A stretch of 61,332 nt of DNA. It comes from Octopus bimaculoides (Eukaryota). The notes under the pieces are model-generated. The model was not told the origin of the DNA, made no database searches, and worked only from the letters and a program-made list of their open reading frames with translations. The translations under genes were made by a program, and so were the position numbers. Positions 42,766-54,965 of this stretch are shown one piece after another. Positions within the stretch are counted from its first letter, which is position 1, and every line of letters begins with the position of its first letter. The stretch is taken from assembly GCF_001194135.2 (NCBI RefSeq), contig NC_069000.1, positions 13,192,268 to 13,253,599 on the forward strand, given 5' to 3'.

Positions 42766-43041
42766 TCGGATCTTTTTCCTTTTCATGGGCAGCTCGATTA
42801 ATTAATTTTCTTTAACTAAACACTGTGAAACTTCGTATACTGGTAGAATGTGTCATATAGAATATCTTTTACTCTTAGCGTTGTTGAGAAAAGTTTCTAT
42901 TTACAAAGTTATTTCGTGTTAAAGTTGTCGTATTTCGATAAGATATTCTATATGACACATTCTACCAGTATCCGAAGTTTCAAAGTATTTAGTTAAAGAA
43001 AATTAATTAATCGAGCTGCCCATGAAAAGGAAAAGATCCGA
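42766..43041. repeat. Near-perfect foldback (about 103-bp arms, about 70-bp spacer)
   Basis: 42766-42868 versus 42940-43041 inverted; 4 differences counted by eye. Confidence 0.9.
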
Positions 43042-43302
43042 TGACTCCATATAAGAGAAATCTAGAACAAGTTTTTGACCGTTTTCTTATTGTTCGACGT
43101 AACAACGTGAAAATGCCGGATGGGTTTCAAATCCTGTCGAGATTTGCTCTGCTTTTCTTCCTGCCAGTGTTGATCAAACCGAACCTTGGTCAAACACTGA
43201 GCTCAATTTTAGCTCCCACTGTTGTTTCTTCAACCAAAAGACCAAGTCTGAAAATCTCGAACGAGCCCTGGACAACTTTTAGAAGCTTGTATTTTAAGGG
43301 CT

Positions 43303-43460
43303 GATGGTGAGGATAAGCTGGCAAAATCATTCGTTTTCAGCTTTGCCTTTTATCCTTTCGGGTCGATAAAATTACGTACCAGTCGAATACTGGAGTTGCT
43401 GTTATCGAATATTCACTCTCCCTTAAATATGACTTGCCTTGGACCTTCACCAGAAACAAT
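43303..43460 (+). mobile_element. SINE family B, internally deleted
   Basis: CTTTGCCTTTTATCCTTTCGGGTCGATAAAAT core. Confidence 0.7.
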
Positions 43461-43677
43461 ATTACGGAAAATTAGGGTTTAAATCCCCTCTGCCACAGTA
43501 TTCTTGTGTGGAGCAGCGATCCTCAGGTATTAACTATAAAAAGAGAACCTCTTTAATATGATGTTTTGAATTGTAAGATAATCGGGAGTTTGTATCACGT
43601 GACTGATGTTGAATTGTCTCATGTAAAAATCACAAAATAAAATCATCTAACTCGCTTGTAATGCGACTTTGAGTTAT

Positions 43678-44033
43678 CTTTTACTTGTTTCGGTTATTTG
43701 ACAGCGGCCTTGAAGGGTTTTAGGCGAACAAATGGACCTCAGGACTTATTTTTTAAGCCTGGTACTTATTCTACCGGTTCATTTTTGCCGAACCGCTAAG
43801 TTACGGGGACGTAAACGCGCCAACACCGCTTATCAAGCGGTGGTTGGCGGACAAAGTGACACGAAGACACATACACACACATAGACATATAAGTTTATAC
43901 GACCGGCTTCTTTTAGTTTCTGCCAACGGAATCCACTCACAAGACACTTGCCCAAGGTGCCACGCAGTGGGACTGAACCTGAAACCATGTGGTTGGAAAG
44001 CAAGCTTCTTACAACACAGCCATGCCCGCTCCT
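43678..44033 (-). mobile_element. SINE family A, near full length with small deletions
   Basis: Head GTGGGACTGAACC and tail CTTTTACTTGTTTC both present. Confidence 0.85.
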
Positions 44034-46114
44034 ATGTTTTTCTAGATGTTAATCAAATATTTATATCAGGATAAATAACAACCATCCGTAGTCCATGTTA
44101 TAATCACGGCCCCCTTGTAAAGAGGATCGTATCAGGTAAGACTAAAAGGAGATTCGGTGGGCAAGCACTTATCTATTAACAGAAGCTGATTAGTTATTTA
44201 CAGTGCCAAGTGCAAATCTCACACACAAAAATAGAATGTATTAAAAACAATTTTAAGAAGCAACGAAGCAGTGTTATTAACATCGATTTCTCAGTCTCTC
44301 ACCAGAAAAATCAATAATCGGTATGACTTCAACGTACTGTCTAACATTACAAACCTCAACTACTAAAGTACATGTCAGTACATTTAATATTACGAGGAAT
44401 AAATGACTAAACGACCATTAATAAATGTCTTTACAGGTTTCTATTACACTAGAGTGTTCTTTAATGATACAGAAGTGGTAAGACATTGTACAGTAGAGGG
44501 ATATTTCCAGGTGAACTGACTCCGTGCTCATGTTTCGATTCCTTCTTGCTGCTTCCTTACGCTATTAGTGTTCTGGAGAAAAGTTTGTAACCTTGCAACA
44601 TTCCATTTACTTTTTATCTGTGATGTTATATCGATTCCTAAACCAAATATTTCAACTCGGTAAGACTATTAATTCATTAATTAGTACCTCCATTAATTAC
44701 TTGAGCTGCTTGAAATAGCAGCTAAATATTCCTTCTAATGCCAATCCACCGTATTAAAAAACATGAAGGCAACGTAGTCGTTTTTTTTAAACGATGTGCA
44801 TCTGGTGGGGCGGTTGTAGACCGAAAGTTAAAGATAATAAAAAATTCAATGATGGTGCACTTCTTAAAACTGAGAAAATAAGCAAAATGATATGCTTTCG
44901 AGTAGCATTACTTAGTTAAGCCTGCTAAAAGAAACATCTTTAACATGTGTTAAAGAATGCTGTAAACATGTATGTACCTAAATAAACCATTGTGGTTAAG
45001 GTAATCCTTCATACGCTTCATTGCAGAAGTCTATTGGGAACTGACGATTTGGCATTCAACCTGCTTTGGAGACAGTGTATTTTGGCGCCGGAAGCAAGAC
45101 ACACAAGCGCGCGCGCGAGCAAGAATATACGCATATAGATAGAAACAGTGCGAGAGAGAGAGAGGAGGAGAGAGAAATGTTACAATTTATCAATTCAACA
45201 CAATTGGCATAAACACTTTCCCTCTCCTCGCAGAGATAGAGAAATATGCTTATATGCATAAACAGAGAATGGATGTGTCTCTGAAAGAGAGAGAGAGAGA
45301 TTGAGTGTCTATGTGTGTGAGAGAGGCAGACAAACAGACACAAAAAAGGTGGGATAAAACGAGAGAAACGTTAAAACGCCTGATAAAATAATCCAGTGTC
45401 GAATCAGCAACGTCAAAACGATTATGGTATAACGTATAATATCATTTTGATTTTAGATCCACACGGTCAGACTTTGCCAAGAACGAAACAACAACAAAAC
45501 ATGCATAAAACATAGCTTTTTAATTTTTTAAATCAAAGATTATTCGTCTGTGTATGTGAAATATAATGTCGGATCAGTCAAAACAGCAGTAATTATAAGA
45601 TTTTCAGAAGATACATTTATGAAAGGACAACTAAGAAGAATTAGAACTTTATCATAGACTCAGTTTCGTCAGTAATTTTTGCATCACCTTACCATATTTG
45701 CCAATCATGTACGTGTTGCCAGGGCTGGAGAATAGGTAGAAATATCTAGCTAATACAATGTCAAAATTTAATGATAACACAGTGTTAAGAATCGATAAAA
45801 ATAAGTAAAAGATATAGAGTTAGAATCACTCGGTGAAACCTGCTGAAAGAAACATCTTGCGTTGAAGAAAGCTATAAACCTATATGTATATAAATATTGA
45901 TTTATTTCGACCAGACACAAAACCTCTGTGTTTAAGAGACGAAGTTGCAGTGTTTGTCTATTTGCAAAGGTCATTAATTGCGTAATCAATTCAACCCAGT
46001 CAACCACGATTCCGTACCTAACAGTATTATTGATCTGCACACAAAAAATATTACTTTAAATTCAAATTTACAGTGCTCTCTCGTGCATCCAGATATGATT
46101 ATGTTATAGTTTTT

Positions 46115-46480
46115 GTGCAGCGAGCTGACAAAATCATTAGAGCGTCAGAAAACTGCTTTGTTGTATTTGTTTCGTTGCTTTCCATTCTGAGCTCAAATCC
46201 CGCTGCGGTCAACCTTACCTTTCATCCTTCGGGTACCAATAAAATAAAGTCAAGCTGTGGGGTCGATTGTACAGACTAACTCCTACTTTGGGGTATTTGT
46301 TCGCCACTTTATATTTTCAATTCAAATGCCACTACCATCAATTTTACCTTTTTTTATCTTTCATCCTTCAGAGATTGATAAAATAAGATAAGGACCAGTT
46401 AAGCACTGCTCTGGGATCGATTGTACTGACAAAGCCCTTGCCCTCAAGGCTGGAGGCCTTGTACCTAAATGAGAAACAGG
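46115..46480 (+). mobile_element. Two degenerate SINE family B copies
   Basis: Core TTTCATCCTTC(GGG/AGA) occurs twice. Confidence 0.65.
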
Positions 46481-47016
46481 ATTATAAGAGTGAGTTTAAC
46501 TCGTTATTTTCGTTAAACTAGAGCTCTAGTGGGTATTAGTAGAATTTTATTTTTCAAAATTTCTCACATGTGGCGCAACTGATGCGAAACCTCGTCACCA
46601 ATTATAAAACACTTAATTATTGCACGCCTCTGCAAATTTACTTACAAACAAAATGTAACTTTCTTGCTTTGTCCAAGCATTCCTCGAAGAGAAGTGAAGT
46701 GAATAAGCGTCAATAAAGGGTTTTAGTTGCACAAGTTCTCCTTGACTGTGTCGAGAGAGATGAAAACTCTTTGAAAACTATGCGCAGGCCTCTCAGCAGG
46801 TATCGCCAAGCTTTTGGCAAAATTTGATGCAGATTTTCTATTCAACTCTATCTGTCATAGTCAATGAGACGATCACACACCTTCCTTCCAAGCACTGCCG
46901 TAAACAGTGAAAGTGAGATAGAACGTTAAAACTTTGTGTGCATGCGCAACAGAGTTTAAGGTCAATCTATACCAAGCGGGTCAATACGATGAGAACTCCA
47001 TCCAATGAGAGTTCAA

Positions 47017-47098
47017 TATTACTAAACATTTCAACTACATGTACTTATCGGGCCATTTGTAATACGTTAAGTACATGTAGTTGAAACATTTGGTAATA
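47017..47098. repeat. Short inverted repeat (about 31-bp arms)
   Basis: TATTACTAAACATTTCAACTACATGTACTTA … TAAGTACATGTAGTTGAAACATTTGGTAATA. Confidence 0.8.
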
Positions 47099-47201
47099 TA
47101 TATATATAATTATTAAATAGTGCAATACAGTAGGATTACTTCCCTGTAAATATTGGTGCTTTGTTGTACCACTATCCTATATATATATATATATATATAT
47201 A

Positions 47202-47315
47202 CAGGGTGTCCACACAGACTGGGTACATGGAGTAAATAAAATCATAACATAAACAATTAAATATAAGAAATAATAATTTCTTAAAGTATGTGTTAATCCC
47301 CATGTGGATACCCTG
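47202..47315. mobile_element. 114-bp Tc1/mariner-type MITE
   Basis: 13-bp TIRs CAGGGTGTCCACA / TGTGGATACCCTG (1 mismatch), with TA on both sides. Confidence 0.8.
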
Positions 47316-48236
47316 TATATTAAAGCTGTCTCACCTGTTCATGTAAATATTTGTTAAGATACTTGTTATGAATATTTGTTTCAATGACGATTTTCTTCTA
47401 ATTCCACGGCGAATCGTAAACGAGCAGTAGCTGCAGCATTTTGCTCACTAGAAACATTTTCTTACAGAGTAAAAATCTGAAAACTTCTTCATTCTTCACA
47501 TAGCATAGGAAAGATATAACTCCTTAAACTAAGTTGCAGTAAACTAAGTTAAAACCTGATACAAATAGATGCTTTCAGTACCTCCATTATTAAAAAGAAA
47601 AAAATAATCTATACAGAAAATAATGTGATGTCCACCACCACCATTACCACTACCTTACAGTCGCGCACACACACTGGCGTCATTTTAATTAACAAATCAC
47701 AGTAGGAGGCCGGTTGGTCATTAATTCGAAGTCACAGGTAGTAATTTTCTAATTAAATAAGTAGAAATCTATAGTATAACATTATGATTAGTTGTAACAT
47801 CATGCTGGTTTTAACTTAGTAACTTTGGGGAATGGAATTATCAGCATATTCAACTATTCTCTATAGGGATTCGCAGACGTGGAGCAGAAATTGAGAAAAA
47901 CCTAAAACTTAATGCTACACAATTTTGATATGTAATTGTTGCCGCAGAGAAAACAAGGACGCTACCCTGCTATTCTTCCTCGTATAGAAACACAGAATGG
48001 TTGAAAAAGAATACTATAATTGATTAACTATACTTCCCGCAGCAAAAATATCTGGGTGCAGTTTCGATTTCAACTGGAAATTATCTTACTTTTCTTCAGA
48101 ATATATCAACATCACATTGAGATTTTCCTCCCGTACTTTCCTGTTTAATTTAACGAAACCCACATCATTAAAGCGGTGTGGTAGAATGCTGGAGAAAATT
48201 CCTTGCAGTATTTATTCCAGATCATTATGTTCCACT

Positions 48237-48487
48237 CTCAAATCCCATCGAAATCAACTGTGCCTTTCATTCTTTCGAGGATGGTAAAGGATATACCAAT
48301 ATATGGTGGTAGGGTAAGGCGGTGAGCTGGTAGAGTCGTTAGCGCGCCGTGCAAAATGCTTAGTGGCGTTTCATCCATCTTTACGTTCTGAGTTCGAATT
48401 CCGCCAGGGTTGACTTTGCTTTTCGTTCTGATGGAATCGATGAAATAAGTACCTGTTGAGTACTGCAGTTCATGTAATCGACTTAGC
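48237..48487 (+). mobile_element. SINE family B: partial copy followed by a near-full copy (48315-48487)
   Basis: TAAGGCGGTGAGCTGG head and GAGTTCGAATTCC B box. Confidence 0.8.
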
Positions 48488-50008
48488 ACACATAGAAGTT
48501 CATGAGTGAGTTTTGCTACGTTTGTATGCCATGCGAAAGAAAATGGTATACAACGATTTGGAGCAGCTCTCCTCTGAAAAATAGATGTTGTACGTTTGTG
48601 TGTTAGCCAAACACTTAATTTGTCTGAAATACACGACCAGAGATTTTCCAACACTGATTTACCTCATAGCAAACGTGGAGAAAACTATCAAAACAGTTTT
48701 GATTCACGATTGCATCATATTTATTTTATTTCAGATGGTAAAGGCTTTAATGTCACAGCCTCCACTCCTCTCTGTTTTCTGAATTATAATGTAATTTGTG
48801 TCTAGTTAAACGGAACAAATATTTGCAGTGAACCGCGTGGACTGACAAATCGGCGACTTTCTTGTTAATAAGCATTTCTCATTAATTTATCAATTAAAGT
48901 AAATAATGATTATCACATAATCACAATTTTCCAAACATTATAAATCTAAAAAAATTGTTTTTAACGAAATAAACGTTTTAACTTTTATATAGTAATGGAC
49001 ACAAAACAGGAATAATTTATATATANNNNNNNNNNNNNNNNNNNNNNNNNNNNNNNNNNNNNNNNNNNNNNNNNNNNNNNNNNNNNNNNNNNNNNNNNNN
49101 NNNNNNNNNNNNNNNNNNNNNNNNNNNNNNNNNNNNNNNNNNNNNNNNNNNNNNNNNNNNNNNNNNNNNNNNNNNNNNNNNNNNNNNNNNNNNNNNNNNN
49201 NNNNNNNNNNNNNNNNNNNNNNNNNNNNNNNNNNNNNNNNNNNNNNNNNNNNNNNNNNNNNNNNNNNNNNNNNNNNTATATGTATGTATGTATGTATGTA
49301 TGTATGCATGTATGAACTTATGTATGCATGTATGTGTGTATGTACGTATGTTTGTATGTATTTATGTATGTTTGTATGTATGCATGTATGTATGTATTTA
49401 TGTATGTATCTGTATATGTATGTAAGGGACACGAGGAACAGATAAGTTGGTAAATGTTATATGGTGAGTCATCTCTTCTACTCTAATAACAATATCACCA
49501 GCCATGTCACGGTATACATGACATCTATGTCTACTGTTGCCAAATGAAACTCTGCTGAGGCTAATAGAGAGATTGAACTTTCATCAACGGATCCTACAGC
49601 AGATTATTGTACTGTTGCTCTCAAATATACATATATTTAAATATACTGAAACAAAACTGCCGCACCGACATTTGCTAACGCGTATACAGAAAGTCATACA
49701 TACACAGCCACACAAATTCAGGATGAACTTGAAACAAAGACACATATTCATTTCTAGATATATTTCCACAGACACACAGCTTCGTAAAAGCACATACATT
49801 CAGAGAACAAGAGAAAGAGAGAAAAGAGAGAAAGAGAGAAAGAGAGAAGAGAGAGGAGAGAGAAAAGAGAGAGAAATAAAACTACTGAAAGAGAACGATT
49901 TTACGTAGTCACTCATGCACACAGAATTATGATTGATGAGAAGATATATATACATATATATAATGGAAAGATATATATATAGTAAAGATTTAGAAATAAT
50001 AATGTTTC

Positions 50009-50065
<57 letters not shown>

Positions 50066-51720
50066 GCACATACGCACTTTTGTGCATAGATTCTTGCACA
50101 CATTACAAATCTATTAAGATGCGATCCAACAGACCGACATTCAAACTGGCTCACAGACAGTGAAAGTCACTCTACAGTTAGCCGGGCTCTGATTGTTTAC
50201 CAAAGGTCAAGTTATGCCAAACGTTAAGTGATCCCTACATGGCAATAACTTAAAAGCCTGCTTACCATGGTACAATCTTCATTCTAGAAGCATATTCCTT
50301 TTCATCCTTCTGTCTCTCTGTTTTTGCCTCTCTTCTTTCTGTTTCTCTTTTACACAGAACTGTACTCACTCTCTCTCTCTCTCGCTTTGTCTTTATCTTT
50401 CTCTCTCCCACTTTCTTCTTATTTGAATCAGTGTATTCGACCATTTTTCAAAGTTCCTTATAAGAGGTCATTTGCTGACATGAAAAAGGTCAAAGGTGCA
50501 GTAAGTTAACTATATGTAAACACGCTACTTCTGATGAAACCATCAATTTGAAATGTCAGGAGAAATGTCAGACACGGAAGACATATGACGAATGCTCTAC
50601 GGAAGATAACAACAAATTCAACGAAATGGAAATAGAAATAAAAAGAATTTCACTTAGAAATTCCCATGTTCGATGTTGGCAAAAGACGATCGAAAGTACT
50701 GGCTTATGGCTTAAGGTATTTTCACCCAACGTTTATGTTTCCCAACGTAAATCGTCCAAATAAATATACATGGCTGCATACGCGCATATGCGTGTATATA
50801 TACACACACACAACACACATGTGTGTGTATGTGTGTATATGTGTGTGTAAATATGTATGTATGTATGTATGTAAGCTTACAGAGTGCGATGGGTAAATCG
50901 TCGCTATTTTAAATTGGATGTCTTGTCCCTTTCTTGTATCACCTAACTGTCTGGATGTTTTGCGTTCTTGTCCCATTTTGTATTATATATATAAGGATAG
51001 CATGTTCAGAAGGGGCCATGGGAAAACTCATTTAAATAAAAGTGTTGGGAATCGCTGATTTATGGGAATACTTAAACTCTTCCATAAAAATTATATTGCA
51101 GAAAAACATGGAAAACTCACACCTTTGAAACTGTTTGAATCGGGATGAAATACGCTGCAAAATCATTATTGGAAAGAACAATATGTTATCAACTAGACTA
51201 CGTCAGCCCCCGCATTATTCAAAACAAGAACTATTGCCATTGCTTGTAATATGACCACAAACTAATCGGTGGACATCAAGAACTTCGAAAATTTTTAATT
51301 GTTTTATCGTAACAAGCTTTGAAAGGTTTCTAAGCTTGGAAAGTAGTTAATTGCTAGCACTAACGTTCTCCGTTATATTCGGCGGTCATAACTGTTTCTA
51401 CTTAGCCAACGACTGGACATGATCGATATCACTGGCTGTATTTATCTGATCTAAAATTATGGGATGTTATTAAAAGCCATAATAACACTGTGCGATAATA
51501 CGTGAACGGGTTATATTTATCAATCGTTGCTGGAATAGTTAAATTACTCTTTGAATATATCAACTAATCTTTGAATATCTACGTGTATATTTGTAAGTTT
51601 AGACACACGCGCACTCATGCACGCACGCGCACACACACTTACACACACACACACACACACGCACTCGCACACGTATATAGACACAATCATACACAGATTT
51701 ATGCACAAATGGCTACTACT

Positions 51721-51769
<49 letters not shown>

Positions 51770-51777
51770 ACATACAC

Positions 51778-51808
<31 letters not shown>

Positions 51809-52759
51809 NNNNNNNNNNNNNNNNNNNNNNNNNNNNNNNNNNNNNNNNNNNNNNNNNNNNNNNNNNNNNNNNNNNNNNNNNNNNNNNNNNNNNNNNNNNN
51901 NNNNNNNNNNNNNNNNNNNNNNNNNNNNNNNNNNNNNNNNNNNNNNNNNNNNNNNNNNNNNNNNNNNNNNNNNNNNNNNNNNNNNNNNNNNNNNNNNNNN
52001 NNNNNNNNNNNNNNNNNNNNNNNNNNNNNNNNNNNNNNNNNNNNNNNNNNNNNNNNNNNNNNNNNNNNNNNNNNNNNNNNNNNNNNNNNNNNNNNNNNNN
52101 NNNNNNNNNNNNNNNNNNNNNNNNNNNNNNNNNNNNNNNNNNNNNNNNNNNNNNNNNNNNNNNNNNNNNNNNNNNNNNNNNNNNNNNNNNNNNNNNNNNN
52201 NNNNNNNNNNNNNNNNNNNNNNNNNNNNNNNNNNNNNNNNNNNNNNNNNNNNNNNNNNNNNNNNNNNNNNNNNNNNNNNNNNNNNNNNNNNNNNNNNNNN
52301 NNNNNNNNNNNNNNNNNNNNNNNNNNNNNNNNNNNNNNNNNNNNNNNNNNNNNNNNNNNNNNNNNNNNNNNNNNNNNNNNNNNNNNNNNNNNNNNNNNNN
52401 NNNNNNNNNNNNNNNNNNNNNNNNNNNNNNNNNNNNNNAAGGAGGTTGTTAAAATGAACAAGAAGAACAATAACAACAATTTATAAGGAAATTGTAAATG
52501 CAAAGATAATGTGAGCAAGAACAGGAAAACGAGACTGATTTCCGAAAATAAACGCTAGGTATGGCGGTAGCATCAGCCGATGTGGTGCGGGTGGGAGTGT
52601 TCTGTGGTCGTATTTGTGGCTGGTTGTATTATCAGTTGGGGTTCGACTTGTGGTGGTGGTGGTGGCTTTTTTTAGAAACTGAATAACTACTATCAGAATT
52701 GTCTTGTTTTTGTTTATTTGGTTTTGTTTTTCTCGGTGCCCTTGCTACTGGTTTCTGAG

Positions 52760-52880
52760 TCTCGAGCAGCAGAAAGCCGACCCGGGATGGTTTTATATAT
52801 GAGTTGTCACTGTTATTTTTTTTGCCCCCGTATCCGTGAAGGTCTAACAGATTTATAATAAAAGCGTTTCAACTATTGGC
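52760..52880 (-). promoter_or_regulatory. Candidate Pol II core promoter (TATA + CCAAT) directed leftwards
   Basis: TATATAAAA on - at 52791-52799 and CCAAT on - at 52875-52879; GC-richer downstream sequence with an A-rich leader-like stretch. Confidence 0.4.
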
Positions 52881-53544
52881 CATCCTATCTTTATTTCTGA
52901 TAATATATACTTTCAAGATACATTATCCAATGTGTCTTAGTTCAAAATATATTACTGCATCAGTTGAGTGATATGTGGCTGCTCTTTCTAACTGATCTAG
53001 AGATCACAATAAACAAGTTATTTTGGAGACACATCAAGTTTGTATAATGCGTAGCGGAAAGCAAAGATGCCGAAATGTGAAGTCTTTCTTCACAGAAGCG
53101 AGGTTTACTGAGCTCTAGGTAGAACAACTTTACCAATTTAATAGATATTCTGTTAACAAGGAACAGGACAGGCTATGATGTGAAAGAACGGATAGCTTTC
53201 GTGTCGTGCAATGTTAGAAAGTACTTCTTGTCGTTTTATAACAAACAATAGTGCAGTTGCTGCAATACTACGTAAAAGATTGGTTAGAGACTATGTCCTG
53301 TATTATAATTTGAATTTTAGTGAGGTGTGGAGAAAGAGAGCGTAAAAACAAACGGATAGCAGTTATTTATGTTACGTTTGGTATGACATTTATATATGAG
53401 ATAGTATTTTAAAACATACAGTGAAATTTTAAAAATTTAATACTGAATATATAATACATATTTCATTCACAATATTTTGTTCACAAATGTTTGTTTTCTT
53501 TTTGTATTTGTCTTCCGCATACAATAAGTTTTCTTCTGTTGTCT

Positions 53545-53581
53545 TGTCATTATCATCATCATCATCATCATCATCATCATT

Positions 53582-53648
<67 letters not shown>
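53545..53648. repeat. (CAT)n microsatellite
   Basis: Direct reading. Confidence 0.95.
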
Positions 53649-53871
53649 ATTTGTCTGATCTCTATATGGTGTCTACATATCAGAAACAAAGCAGATATTT
53701 TCCTTTAGCATTTCAGAACGAAGTATGTCTTGATATCAAAGCCCTGCTTTCATGTTTGCTATATAGCCTCAATCAAATACACATACGCCTCATGTTGCTA
53801 TGTGGACATGTATGTAGACATACATATAGACGTGCACATCTGGAACTATTCCTTTGTGTTCTTTTACGCTA

Positions 53872-54030
53872 TCAACTCAAATACCACCCGATTTCAGTAT
53901 GCCTTTTATCTTTCGGAGGTCGATAAAATAAGTATTGTAATCGATATAATTGTCTATATCCTTGAAGACAGTGACGCAGCATGATTGCAGTTCAATGACT
54001 GAAATCGGAGAAATAATAAAAGTGTAAAAG
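53872..54030 (+). mobile_element. Chimeric SINE: family B core with a family A tail
   Basis: GCCTTTTATCTTTCGGAGGTCGATAAAATAAGTA followed by GCAGCATGATTGCAGTTCAATGACTGAAA. Confidence 0.6.
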
Positions 54031-54058
54031 AAACAATAAAATAATAAGAGAGACAGAC

Positions 54059-54145
54059 AGGCAGACAGAGAATCAGGCAGACAGAGAATCAGGCAGACAG
54101 AGAATCAGGCAGACAGAGAATCAGGCAGACAGAGAATCAGGCATA
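54059..54145. repeat. Minisatellite, 16-bp unit AGGCAGACAGAGAATC, about 5 copies
   Basis: Direct reading. Confidence 0.9.
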
Positions 54146-54864
54146 CAGACAGAGAAACAGACATACAGACATACAGACAGACAGAGACAAAGGGATATAA
54201 AGAGAGAGCCAGAGAGAGATTTCCTTTTATATATGTACCATTCCTCCGAGAGAGCTACACATGTATTCAAAGAGATATGTGCTTACAAGAGAGACAATAG
54301 GTAGACGTATAGTTAGATAGGTAACATACATACACAAATACATATACATTTGAGGCTTGTAACATTATTCATTGTTTTTCCAATCGTCATAACAATGCGA
54401 CTACATATATCCATCCAGCTACCTAATAACTCTATTTATATTCATCATACACACCTACAAACGCAAGCATACACAAACACAAAGATATACATAAATGCAC
54501 ATATATGTATGTATTTGTGTTGGGGTACGTATTTTACTTCACTAAGAAATTAAATCTCTGCCAGAACACAACTTTTATTGAAAATAACATAAAGAAGAAA
54601 AAGCAACACTGACATTCATACATTAATGCTTGTTTTTGTTTTTGTTTTTGCTTTTGTTATTTAATGGTAGGCATTGAATATTAACGAGTCTATGCTACAG
54701 TACCAATATATACTACAAGAGCTTCAATATCATTTGTAGCAACACCAAGACATATGCAGAATACAATAGAGCAATGAGTTTAGAATATAGTATATAAGCA
54801 TAAAATCAAAACCAATAATGTTAATCTTAATAAAATATACTTAGCGTTCAAATAGCCACGGTAC

Positions 54865-54960
54865 ACATGGCTTAATTGGGTCTGTGTTGAGCTCACGATC
54901 ATAAAGTCGTAGGTTCCATACCTGAACAGAGTAATATATTTTTGTCCTTAAGTGTATTTT
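54865..54960 (+). mobile_element. SINE family C head; its continuation appears at about 55400-55470
   Basis: Degenerate tRNA-like head; TTTCATGTTGCCCCAGTCTACTCAGCT at about 55407 matches the family C core. Confidence 0.5.
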
Positions 54961-54965
54961 TGTTC

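Noticed and set aside
44870-45865. Two similar CCTGCT(A/G)AAAGAAACATCTT segments (about 44920 and 45840) as duplicated exon acceptors
   Set aside because: The similarity extends into AT-rich non-coding flanks; more likely diverged copies of a short repeat.
50531-50570. CTGATGA…GAAA hammerhead-like spacing
   Set aside because: Stem II is only 2 A-T pairs, stem III is absent and stem I is poor.
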